Position numbers and translations under genes: made by a program
Part shown: piece by piece, positions 18,854 to 26,167 of the stretch
Layout of the letters: the number at the start of each line of letters is the position of its first letter
Position numbering within the stretch: position 1 is the stretch's first letter
NCBI GenBank assembly: GCA_015256915.3
Contig: CP076101.2
Coordinates: forward strand, 1 to 32,000
Direction of reading: 5' to 3'
DNA length: 32,000 nt
Source: Candidatus Saccharimonas sp.
GTDB lineage: Bacteria; Patescibacteriota; Saccharimonadia; Saccharimonadales; Saccharimonadaceae
Notes under the pieces: model-generated
Told to the model about the DNA's origin: nothing
Databases searched by the model: none
The model's input: only the letters and a program-made list of their open reading frames with translations

Positions 18854-19270
18854 ATGAAAAATATTGTAAAAATGGCTCTATTGACCGCCGCAACAATATT
18901 CGCTGTTGGTGCTACTACATTTGCAACAATTCCAGCTTACGCCGCTGATTGTAAAGTTACTGGCGGTTTGAAGTCTGCTGATAGCTGTGCTAAAGGTGTT
19001 CAAGAAGAAAACGGCGGTCCGACAAGCTTGTTTGATGGCGACTCTCCAATTTTCACAACAGCAATTAATATTATGCTCTTCATTATTGGTATTCTTAGTG
19101 TGATCATGCTTATTTACGGTGGAATCCGATATGTTCTTTCGAGTGGTGATTCTGGAGCTGTTCAAAATGCTAAAAATACAATTATGTATGCTATTATCGG
19201 TCTTGTAATTGCAATCCTTGCTTACGCAATTGTTAACTTCGTTATTCATTCGATTACTAATAAAGAATAA
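18854..19270 (+). CDS. T4SS pilin-like small membrane protein, paralog 6
   Basis: 138 aa. Signal peptide, Cys pair (DCKVTGGLKSADSC), core GGIRYVLSSGDSGAVQNAKNTIMYAIIGLVIAILAYAIVNFVIH. Its 3' half is close to paralog 5 at the nucleotide level. Confidence 0.8.
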   Translation: MKNIVKMALLTAATIFAVGATTFATIPAYAADCKVTGGLKSADSCAKGVQEENGGPTSLFDGDSPIFTTAINIMLFIIGILSVIMLIYGGIRYVLSSGDSGAVQNAKNTIMYAIIGLVIAILAYAIVNFVIHSITNKE

Positions 19271-19364
19271 TAAAATAATAAATAAAGAGGCTTCATTTTT
19301 GCAGAGGTCTTTTTATTTATTCAAAAAATTATAAATTTTAAAAATAAACTTGATATAATAAAAA

Positions 19365-19395
19365 TCCCGAAGTCTTATACTTCGAGAATTTTATT
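19365..19395. terminator. Bidirectional terminator-like hairpin between pilin 6 and hsp20
   Basis: TCCCGAAG (19365-19372) pairs with CTTCGAGA (19380-19387) with one mismatch. A-run upstream and a T-rich tract downstream. Lies between convergent genes. Confidence 0.45.
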
Positions 19396-19398
19396 TTT

Positions 19399-19866
19399 CT
19401 ACAGAACTTTAATTCGTGTTGCTTGAGTTTTAACTTTTGTGAAGCTGATTGTTAAAATTCCATCTTTTAACATTGCTTCAACTTCATCTTCTTTGATTGG
19501 AACTGGAAGAGCTAGTGTTCGGCTAAATTCTCCCCAGTAGCATTCTTGTGCATGATGAGCGATAATTCCCTCTTGATCACCGGGATTCAGACTTCCACTA
19601 ATTGTTAAAGTTCCATCTGAAAGTGAAACATCCAAGTCATTTTTGTTTACGCCCGCAGTTCGTGCTTTAACAAAAAGCTTATCTTCTGTTTCATAAACAT
19701 CAACAGCTAATTGACCAGGAAGTTCATTTTCTTCTTCCGCAATTTCAATTTGTTCAGATCCACTGAAAGCTTCGTTTTCTGAAGTTTCCATTAAATCATC
19801 TCCAAAATTGAAAGCAGCTTCCAATTCATCATTCAAAAAGCTATCATCATTTTGTCTTCTAGCCAT
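19399..19866 (-). CDS. hsp20: Hsp20/alpha-crystallin family small heat-shock protein
   Basis: 155 aa. Alpha-crystallin domain pattern LAVDVYETEDKLFVKARTAGVNKNDLDVSLSDGTLTISG...FSRTLALPVPI...VEAMLKDGILTISF. Confidence 0.9.
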   Translation of the reverse strand: MARRQNDDSFLNDELEAAFNFGDDLMETSENEAFSGSEQIEIAEEENELPGQLAVDVYETEDKLFVKARTAGVNKNDLDVSLSDGTLTISGSLNPGDQEGIIAHHAQECYWGEFSRTLALPVPIKEDEVEAMLKDGILTISFTKVKTQATRIKVL

Positions 19867-19958
19867 TTTTCCTCCGCATTAAATTTCCTAAATAAGATTA
19901 ATTTACTTTATTATACCGCACTTTTATTATATAATCAAGAGGTAGAAATGATTTTTTT

Positions 19959-20612
19959 ATGAAGAAAAGCATATACGAAATAATTTTAAATTCTTTTGCG
20001 CCAGATGATTGCTATTTTTGCCAAAAATTGGGTGAACCTATTTGCAAAAAATGCCTTAAATCAAGGTGTAATTTTGGTAATTCCCTTTCTCGCTCGAATA
20101 GTATTATTTCGAAAGAATTTTATCTTTCGAAAAGGTCTGGAGAACTTCAAAAAATAGTTGATGAATTTAAATTTCAAAGCAAGAGACAAAATAATTATTA
20201 TCTCGCGAAACTTTTATCTGATTTTCTGCTTTCGAATAGCGAATTTATTAGTAATCGTGAAAAATTGGTTTTAATTCCAGTTCCAACACTTTCGAATCAT
20301 ATTCGTGAACGTGGTTTAGATCATACTGAACTTTTGGCTCGCCAGCTTGCAAGGAATTTGAAAATTAAAAAATCGACATTAATTAAAAGAATATCAAAAA
20401 CCACTCAACGTGGCAAAAATTTTAAAACGCGACAAATTCAGGCAAAAAGTAGTTATGAATTTATAGGAGAAAAGCTTTTGGAAGGTAAAATTTATGTAAT
20501 TTTTGATGACATTCGCACAACTGGTGCAACTTTAGACTCTATTGCGAAAATTCTTCTCCAGAGTGGTGCTAAAGAGGTCTGGGCATTTTATTTACTTCAG
20601 CAAGAAAAATAA
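19959..20612 (+). CDS. comFC: ComF-family phosphoribosyltransferase-fold competence protein
   Basis: 217 aa. N-terminal Cys-rich zinc-finger-like motif (CYFCQKLGEPICKKC), the LIPVPTLSNHIRERGLDHTELLA block and a PRTase motif (IYVIFDDIRTTGATL). Confidence 0.8.
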   Translation: MKKSIYEIILNSFAPDDCYFCQKLGEPICKKCLKSRCNFGNSLSRSNSIISKEFYLSKRSGELQKIVDEFKFQSKRQNNYYLAKLLSDFLLSNSEFISNREKLVLIPVPTLSNHIRERGLDHTELLARQLARNLKIKKSTLIKRISKTTQRGKNFKTRQIQAKSSYEFIGEKLLEGKIYVIFDDIRTTGATLDSIAKILLQSGAKEVWAFYLLQQEK

Positions 20613-20613
20613 C

Positions 20614-20642
20614 TTGAGAATTCAAAAAAAATGTGATATAAT
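20614..20642 (+). promoter_or_regulatory. Sigma70-like promoter for tRNA-Ser(UGA)
   Basis: TTGAGA (20614-20619), 17 nt spacer with TGa, then TATAAT (20637-20642). The tRNA 5' end lies 12 nt downstream. Confidence 0.6.
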
Positions 20643-20653
20643 GGAAAATATCT

Positions 20654-20743
20654 GGAGAGGTGGCCGAGTGGTTGAAGGCACCGGTCTTGAAAACCGGCAT
20701 GCGGTAAAACGTATCGAGGGTTCGAATCCCTCCTTCTCCGCCA
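20654..20743 (+). tRNA. tRNA-Ser (anticodon UGA), CCA encoded
   Basis: Hand-folded cloverleaf. Acceptor GGAGAGG/CTTCTCC, anticodon stem CCGGT/ACCGG with loop cuUGAaa, long variable arm, T arm GAGGG-TTCGAAT-CCCTC, discriminator G and CCA. Confidence 0.9.
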
Positions 20744-20752
20744 AAATAGGTA

Positions 20753-20776
20753 ATTCTGCTTAACGGCAGGATTTTC
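20753..20776 (+). terminator. Terminator-like hairpin after tRNA-Ser(UGA)
   Basis: ATTCTGC pairs with GCAGGAT (one G-U pair), 6 nt loop, followed by TTTTCTATTTT. Confidence 0.45.
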
Positions 20777-20814
20777 TATTTTAATAGAGATTTTTTGAAT
20801 TTTTAAATAGCTTA

Positions 20815-20823
20815 TGGTATAAT
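20815..20823 (+). promoter_or_regulatory. Extended -10 element (TGgTATAAT) close to the ATG at 20833
   Basis: TATAAT at 20818-20823 lies 9 nt upstream of the ATG. No Shine-Dalgarno sequence between them. Confidence 0.4.
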
Positions 20824-20832
20824 TAAAATATT

Positions 20833-21507
20833 ATGAATTTCGACAATGAAAACCGAAATGGCGTTCCTCGTGTAACGGGTTTGCCTGAATCACAATTTCG
20901 AACACCTGAGGTGGGTAGTTTTATGGCTGAAAACCCTAAAGAATCTAATGATTCGGTTTTTGAAGAAGTTAAACCCTTTAATCCAGAAGAGTATACGCAA
21001 GTTCGTGAAGTTAAAAATAGTCAATCACCCGCTGAAAATATTGAAGAACGAGAAATTGTTAATTGGCAAGCTCAAGACTTAATAATTGGCGATAAAAATA
21101 AATCTTGGTATATTATATTTTCAATTATTATTTTAGCATTTTGTCTTTTTGCAATTTTGAACCAATCTTGGACTTTTCTTGCTTTAATTATAGTGTCAGC
21201 CATTGGAATTTTAACTCTTCGAAAATCAAATCACACTCAAATTATATCTTATAGTCTTTCGACTCATGGAGTTTATATGGGTGAAACTTTTCATTCCTAT
21301 GGTGAATTTCGAGCTTTTGGTATTCGAAAAGAGACAAATGCTTATGCTATTATTCTTTTGCCTAAAAAACGCTTTTCGCCCAGCACAATTATTTACTTCC
21401 CAAAGGAAAATGGTGAAAAAATCACAGATATTATTGGCGCTCGCCTACCAATGGAAGAAGTTAAACTTGATTTAATTGATAAAATTATTCGAAAAATAAA
21501 TCTTTAA
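20833..21507 (+). CDS. Hypothetical two-TM membrane protein
   Basis: 224 aa. Hydrophilic N-terminus, TM hairpin (WYIIFSIIILAFCLFAIL / WTFLALIIVSAIGILTL), C-terminal soluble domain. No recognisable catalytic motif. Confidence 0.6.
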   Translation: MNFDNENRNGVPRVTGLPESQFRTPEVGSFMAENPKESNDSVFEEVKPFNPEEYTQVREVKNSQSPAENIEEREIVNWQAQDLIIGDKNKSWYIIFSIIILAFCLFAILNQSWTFLALIIVSAIGILTLRKSNHTQIISYSLSTHGVYMGETFHSYGEFRAFGIRKETNAYAIILLPKKRFSPSTIIYFPKENGEKITDIIGARLPMEEVKLDLIDKIIRKINL

Positions 21508-21509
21508 TC

Positions 21510-21538
21510 TTGCAATATTTTAGAAAATGTGCTAAAAT
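21510..21538 (+). promoter_or_regulatory. Sigma70-like promoter for tRNA-Arg
   Basis: TTGCAA (21510-21515), 17 nt spacer, TAAAAT (21533-21538). A leader of about 50 nt holds a GCTACT-GAAA-AGTAGC hairpin just before the tRNA. Confidence 0.5.
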
Positions 21539-21596
21539 TTAAATGTCTGCTTAGCGCGGAAGAACTTCAAAAGTTAGCTACTGAAAAGTAGCATAT

Positions 21597-21673
21597 GCAC
21601 CTGTAGCTCAGCTGGATAGAGCGTTGGCTTGCGGAGCCAAAGGTCGTAAGTTCGAATCTTGCCAGGTGTACCA
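21597..21673 (+). tRNA. tRNA-Arg (anticodon GCG), CCA encoded
   Basis: Hand-folded. Acceptor GCACCTG/CAGGTGT, D arm GCTC-AGCTGGATA-GAGC (A20 present), anticodon stem TTGGC/GCCAA with loop ttGCGga, T arm GTAAG-TTCGAAT-CTTGC, discriminator A and CCA. Confidence 0.85.
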
Positions 21674-21682
21674 TAGAAAAAG

Positions 21683-21706
21683 CATCAGAATAATCTGGTG
21701 TTTTTT
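21683..21706 (+). terminator. Rho-independent terminator after tRNA-Arg
   Basis: CATCAGA pairs with TCTGGTG (one G-U pair), ATAA loop, followed by TTTTTT (21701-21706). Confidence 0.65.
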
Positions 21707-21715
21707 CTATTTTGG

Positions 21716-21724
21716 TGATATAAT
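21716..21724 (+). promoter_or_regulatory. Extended -10 element (TGaTATAAT) placed for a leaderless transcript of the deacetylase gene
   Basis: TATAAT at 21719-21724. The ATG at 21731 starts 7 nt after the hexamer. No Shine-Dalgarno sequence. Confidence 0.45.
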
Positions 21725-21730
21725 CGTTTT

Positions 21731-23188
21731 ATGATTAAAAAAATACCAAAAAGAATAAAAAATGACAAGGTTATATATATTTCAACTATCATTTTATTAC
21801 TTTTACTGAGTGGAATTATATTTCTTAATAAAATTAACCATAATGTAGAAGAAAAACATAATCAAGATATTACAAAGTATTATTTTAAAGATTCAAAATA
21901 TAATGGAATCAGTTCAAAATTTATTGAAAGAAAAAATTCAAAAGAAGATTCTATATTAGAAATCCCTGTTACGAAGAATAACAAAATCAATGAATTTATA
22001 AATAATAAAATTCAAGAAATTGATGATATTTTTAAAGATGATGCGAAAAAATCAACTTTCGAAAATATTTCAACCGAAAGAATTAGCTATCAAGTTTACT
22101 ATAACAGCGATGACGCTATTTCAATTTTAATTTCAATTAAACAAGATACCCATGGAGCAAATTCGAATGATCAAAATTTATTTTGGACGTTCAATGCTAA
22201 AAATGGAGAAATTATAAAATTTAGTGACTTTTTAAACAATAAAGAGAAAGATAAATCTAGTATTTTAGAAATTATTAAAAATAAAATTCAAGATTATTTA
22301 AAAAATAGTAAAAAAGAATTCTCGAATGAAATTTTGAATGATTTAGATTTTGAAAGTTTCGAAAATATAATAATATTAGATAAACAAACGATTGATTTTC
22401 CTTTCTCTAAAGGTCAAATTATTCCTTCTAATTTTTCTTCAGTTCAATTTCAAATTAAAGTTTCAGAAATTTCTAATTTCTTGCAAAATGATTTTTCAAG
22501 AAAAATATTCGAAGTTCCTGATGTGCAAAATTCGAAACAAGTTCAAAAGACAACACCATTAACTTCTAAATCTCCGCTTCTAGATAAAGATTGTTCAAAA
22601 TGTATTGCTCTAACCTTTGATGATGGACCAGGTATATATACCGATAAACTCCTTTCTTATCTTCAAAGTTATAAAGCGAAAGCAACTTTCTTCATGATTG
22701 GCCCAAGTGCTCAGAGATATCCTTCCATTGTAAAGCGAGTTTTTGATAATGGACATCAAATTGGTAACCATACCTGGTCTCATTCTTCCTTGCCAAGCCT
22801 ATCTTCTGCACAAGTTCAAAATGAAATATCCTCAACTAATAATATCCTACAAGGAATTACAGGTGTAAAACCTACTACACTTAGGCCTCCATATGGTGCA
22901 ACTAATGCGGCCGTGCAAAGAGTTGTTTCTAATCTTGGAATGAGTTCAATTTTATGGTCTGTTGACACTCGCGATTGGGCAGATAGAAATTCGAATATTG
23001 TTTGTAATAGAACAATTTCGAACACACGCCCTGGTGCAATAATTTTAATGCATGATATTCACCGAACATCGGTTGATGCGGTTCCATGTATTCTGCAGAA
23101 TTTAAGTTCTCAAGGCTATCAATTTGTAACTGTTGATAAGTTGCTTGGCAATCTTCAGCCTGGGAGTATATACTATTCGGCAAAATAA
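21731..23188 (+). CDS. PdaC-like membrane-anchored polysaccharide/peptidoglycan deacetylase (NodB homology domain)
   Basis: 485 aa. N-terminal TM anchor and a middle domain resembling the DUF3298/DUF4163-type module seen in PdaC. C-terminal NodB motifs (ALTFDDGP, HTWSH, RPPYG, LMHD). Confidence 0.8.
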   Translation: MIKKIPKRIKNDKVIYISTIILLLLLSGIIFLNKINHNVEEKHNQDITKYYFKDSKYNGISSKFIERKNSKEDSILEIPVTKNNKINEFINNKIQEIDDIFKDDAKKSTFENISTERISYQVYYNSDDAISILISIKQDTHGANSNDQNLFWTFNAKNGEIIKFSDFLNNKEKDKSSILEIIKNKIQDYLKNSKKEFSNEILNDLDFESFENIIILDKQTIDFPFSKGQIIPSNFSSVQFQIKVSEISNFLQNDFSRKIFEVPDVQNSKQVQKTTPLTSKSPLLDKDCSKCIALTFDDGPGIYTDKLLSYLQSYKAKATFFMIGPSAQRYPSIVKRVFDNGHQIGNHTWSHSSLPSLSSAQVQNEISSTNNILQGITGVKPTTLRPPYGATNAAVQRVVSNLGMSSILWSVDTRDWADRNSNIVCNRTISNTRPGAIILMHDIHRTSVDAVPCILQNLSSQGYQFVTVDKLLGNLQPGSIYYSAK

Positions 23189-23229
23189 ATCTTTATTTAA
23201 TCTCTGATATATGATAAAATATAAATATT

Positions 23230-23319
23230 GGAGAGGTGGCCGAGTGGTTGAAGGCGCACGACTCGAAATCGTGTATGCGGGCAACCGTATCGGGGGTTCG
23301 AATCCCCCCTTCTCCGCCA
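23230..23319 (+). tRNA. tRNA-Ser (anticodon CGA), CCA encoded
   Basis: The acceptor and D regions are nearly identical to the tRNA at 20654. Anticodon stem CACGA/TCGTG with loop cuCGAaa, long variable arm, T arm GGGGG-TTCGAAT-CCCCC, then G and CCA. Confidence 0.9.
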
Positions 23320-23326
23320 CGAAAGT

Positions 23327-23350
23327 AGCTCGCATTTGCGGGCTTTTTTC
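23327..23350 (+). terminator. Rho-independent terminator after tRNA-Ser(CGA)
   Basis: AGCTCGC pairs with GCGGGCT (one G-U pair), small loop, followed by TTTTTT (23344-23349). Confidence 0.65.
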
Positions 23351-23432
23351 GTATTTATTGACTTTAATTTTAAGTTTTGTTATAATCGAAAAATCTTTTT
23401 ATAGATAGTTCTTTTAGAAATTAGGTTAAGAT

Positions 23433-23831
23433 ATGAAAAAGACGTTTTTTCTACTTACTTTTGTTTATGTATTTTCGCTAATTGCTGCGATATATCTGTT
23501 AATTTTCGAATTGGAAAATTCAGAAATTAGCTATCTTATAGCACAAATTTTACTTTTTGTATATAGTGTGTTGACAGGTACAGTGCTTTTTGCCCAAAGA
23601 TTTGTAGTAAGGTTATTAAATAATATCTTCAAGAGCAGTTCTCTTAACCCTGATGAATATCCGGATGTTTCAATACCTTGGCTATGTTTTGTTTTAGTTG
23701 TTTTTATTCTAAATGTATTCTTTGGATTTACTTTAATGATCCCTATAGCTGTTATTGCGCAATCCAGTTGTGTTTTATATAGACTTACTGAAATATATAA
23801 AACTTTAATTTTAGAAAATCCAGAAGAATAA
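23433..23831 (+). CDS. Hypothetical small polytopic membrane protein
   Basis: 132 aa with about four hydrophobic helices. AGG-type ribosome-binding site upstream. No recognisable motif. Confidence 0.5.
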   Translation: MKKTFFLLTFVYVFSLIAAIYLLIFELENSEISYLIAQILLFVYSVLTGTVLFAQRFVVRLLNNIFKSSSLNPDEYPDVSIPWLCFVLVVFILNVFFGFTLMIPIAVIAQSSCVLYRLTEIYKTLILENPEE

Positions 23832-23839
23832 CCTCTCTA

Positions 23840-23866
23840 AGTCAGCAAAAGCTGGCTTTTTTATTT
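23840..23866 (+). terminator. Rho-independent terminator
   Basis: AGTCAGC-AAAA-GCTGGCT hairpin (23840-23857) followed by TTTTTTATTTTTT. Confidence 0.6.
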
Positions 23867-24226
23867 TTTAAAAAAACTGCTATTTTTCTAATTCCGAGAA
23901 TACATTTGAAATAAAAAAGAATGCTGACAAATCAAGATTCTTTTTATGTTCACATTGATAAACATTATAAAAATTTGTCTGTTTAGCTACCAAAAAGCTA
24001 CCAATAGATTTGCAATTTTTAAAAAATAAATTAGTAGTACTATATTTAAATACCTAGTTATCTAAAAGAATAAATTTACTAGATTAGTAAATTAAATTAG
24101 ACTTTGTCAGTAATGACATTGCCATGGTTTGTTGTTATATAATCATTTATGGTTATTGAAGGAGAATACGCCAACAACTACTATGTGCTTTTTATATATC
24201 CTAGATGATTTTTACAAACACCCAGA

Positions 24227-26089
24227 TTATATATTAGCTAGCTTTGATTTGTAAAATTCTAACTCATCGTTAATTCTCATAACATAAAAAATGACTATTT
24301 GGAGCAACTCTAAGTAATTTTTTTGATGTTCCTCTTCACTTTTATAAGAAAATTTTCCATGAGAGAATTTATTTCGAATTTTCAACCCATTACCATATTT
24401 TTTATCATCCAAAATATAAGATAAATAATTACTTTCATATTCAGAAAAAAGCTTATCTGAATATTCACAATACCCTTTCTTACAAAGGTCTTCTGCAATG
24501 TCTAGTATCAATTTATCTTTATAGTATAGGCAATACGTACCTGATTTCCATAATTTATTCAAAATGTTAATTTCTTGGAAATTTGAAAACTTTATTACAT
24601 CGTTTGATAGTTTTAAAAAATTCTTTTCTATTAGAACATTTATTTGTCTTACCTGATAATCATCAAAATCTGTAATCTTCACACCTTCTTTTATATGTTT
24701 GAAGAAGGTTTTATGTTCTTTTTTCGATGAAATTAAGCTAAGTGGACTTTGGTCATAAAAAAGCGCAGAGAACAATGCAGAATTATCAGGAGTATTGTTC
24801 AATTTGATAAATTTTTTCTCATTGAATGATTTTAATGAAGCATAAGAGGAGGCTTTAGATTTAATCTCTAATAAATCTTGGTTGATTTCCCTATGTCTAA
24901 AAAAAAGTTCATATTGGTCTAGGATACTATCCATCTCACAGATTATGGATTTCCCTCTTTCATAATAAGAAGATTCTTTATTGGAAGCGTGGAAGTGAAA
25001 TCCTTTTATATTCAATTTAGTTTCTAAATAAATGTTGAAGTACCAATTAATAATCTCCTCAATATCAATATCATTTTTCTTTAGATACTCAAAATATGCA
25101 TAAAATAATAAACCATAAGAATTTTTTAAATGAGAATCGTAGTCTTCGAAATGAGCATTTGATTTTGGGGAAAAGAAACGAGTGAAGCTGAATGTTTCTT
25201 CATTCGCAACTAGCCAAGGCAATCCCGTTTCATGATTAAAGAAGCCAAGTAAATAAAAATTATTTAATAATGTCGGAAAATCATGATGTTCATCTAGTAT
25301 AATTTTATTTAAAAGAATACCATTCTCAATAGGCTTACATAATTTATCAGAATCTAAAGGCTTGATGACAACTGATATAGAGTAATGTATCCCTTCATTA
25401 GTTTCAAAATGTTTTTCCCAAAATTCCTTACTTTTTCTTTTAGCTAAAAGCTTAACCTCATCATCAAACTCATATTTGCTTAATTTTTTATAATCAACAA
25501 TTGATTGTAAATAATTTGGGTTAATATTATCTGTCTGACAATATTCTATTGCTAGATTATTTATCTCTTCATTTGTGATACCTAACTTAATGTATAAACC
25601 ATTAGAATCTATGAATTTTCCTGATTGATGATTCAAGAAAAATTCTATATTTCTAGACAGAGAGAGAAAATTTTCTTTGATAACTTGCGGAAATAGGTCA
25701 ATCAGTTGTGTAACATTTTTAAGATTTATTGTCTGGATATTGTATTTTTTTATATATGATTCAAACTGACTAACATCATCTTTATTAATTTTTTCTAAGT
25801 CTAGTACTAACTCCCAGAAGACATCTTTATAAAAAACATCAATACTATCATAGTCTATTTCAAAAATGGTAATTGGGAAATTCGCGGATAAATCGTTATG
25901 AAACTTTCTAATTAGATATTTGAATTTAGAAAATTGATTTTCTTTTTTAATTAATTTCAGGATTAAATAGGTTTCTATTAAATTATTAATTTCAGTCGAT
26001 GGCTGATATGCTTTAATGTAGTTCAGAGCTATATCGTATTGGTGTGGTTCTATTACATTGTTAGGAGCATGAAATCTTTTATGTTGCAT
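24227..26089 (-). CDS. Uncharacterised 620 aa protein with a C-terminal HEPN-like Rx4H (RNKFSH) motif, downstream partner of the Type IIL RM gene
   Basis: Uninterrupted 620 aa ORF. AAGGA ribosome-binding site about 9 nt upstream of the ATG. 78 nt downstream of, and co-oriented with, the RM gene. Very AT-rich (sampled lines about 22-25% GC). The peptide GLKIRNKFSHG (R572-H577, nt 24359-24376) followed by a helical hydrophobic segment resembles the HEPN catalytic signature. No Walker A motif. Confidence 0.5.
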   Translation of the reverse strand: MQHKRFHAPNNVIEPHQYDIALNYIKAYQPSTEINNLIETYLILKLIKKENQFSKFKYLIRKFHNDLSANFPITIFEIDYDSIDVFYKDVFWELVLDLEKINKDDVSQFESYIKKYNIQTINLKNVTQLIDLFPQVIKENFLSLSRNIEFFLNHQSGKFIDSNGLYIKLGITNEEINNLAIEYCQTDNINPNYLQSIVDYKKLSKYEFDDEVKLLAKRKSKEFWEKHFETNEGIHYSISVVIKPLDSDKLCKPIENGILLNKIILDEHHDFPTLLNNFYLLGFFNHETGLPWLVANEETFSFTRFFSPKSNAHFEDYDSHLKNSYGLLFYAYFEYLKKNDIDIEEIINWYFNIYLETKLNIKGFHFHASNKESSYYERGKSIICEMDSILDQYELFFRHREINQDLLEIKSKASSYASLKSFNEKKFIKLNNTPDNSALFSALFYDQSPLSLISSKKEHKTFFKHIKEGVKITDFDDYQVRQINVLIEKNFLKLSNDVIKFSNFQEINILNKLWKSGTYCLYYKDKLILDIAEDLCKKGYCEYSDKLFSEYESNYLSYILDDKKYGNGLKIRNKFSHGKFSYKSEEEHQKNYLELLQIVIFYVMRINDELEFYKSKLANI

Positions 26090-26167
26090 ATCTGTGATAT
26101 CCTTCTTAAATTTGCGCGTTTCTATGTGATGCTTAAAATAATTGAGTATATTTTGAAGAATACCGTA

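Noticed and set aside
20721-20726. TTCGAA copies inside the three tRNA T-loops (20721, 21651 and 23297) as part of the iterated-palindrome phenomenon
   Set aside because: GTTCGAATC is the universal T-arm sequence, so these three copies are explained by tRNA structure and were set aside from the enrichment argument.
20542-20763. 73 aa ORF spanning tRNA-Ser(UGA); the ORFs at 23102-23335 and 23211-23408 likewise span tRNA-Ser(CGA)
   Set aside because: Both translations (WRGGRVVEG...) are simply read through tRNA genes that fold into complete cloverleaves.
21266-21475. 69 aa ORF in an alternative frame inside the 224 aa membrane protein gene
   Set aside because: It is nested on the same strand within a longer ORF and has no independent start signals.
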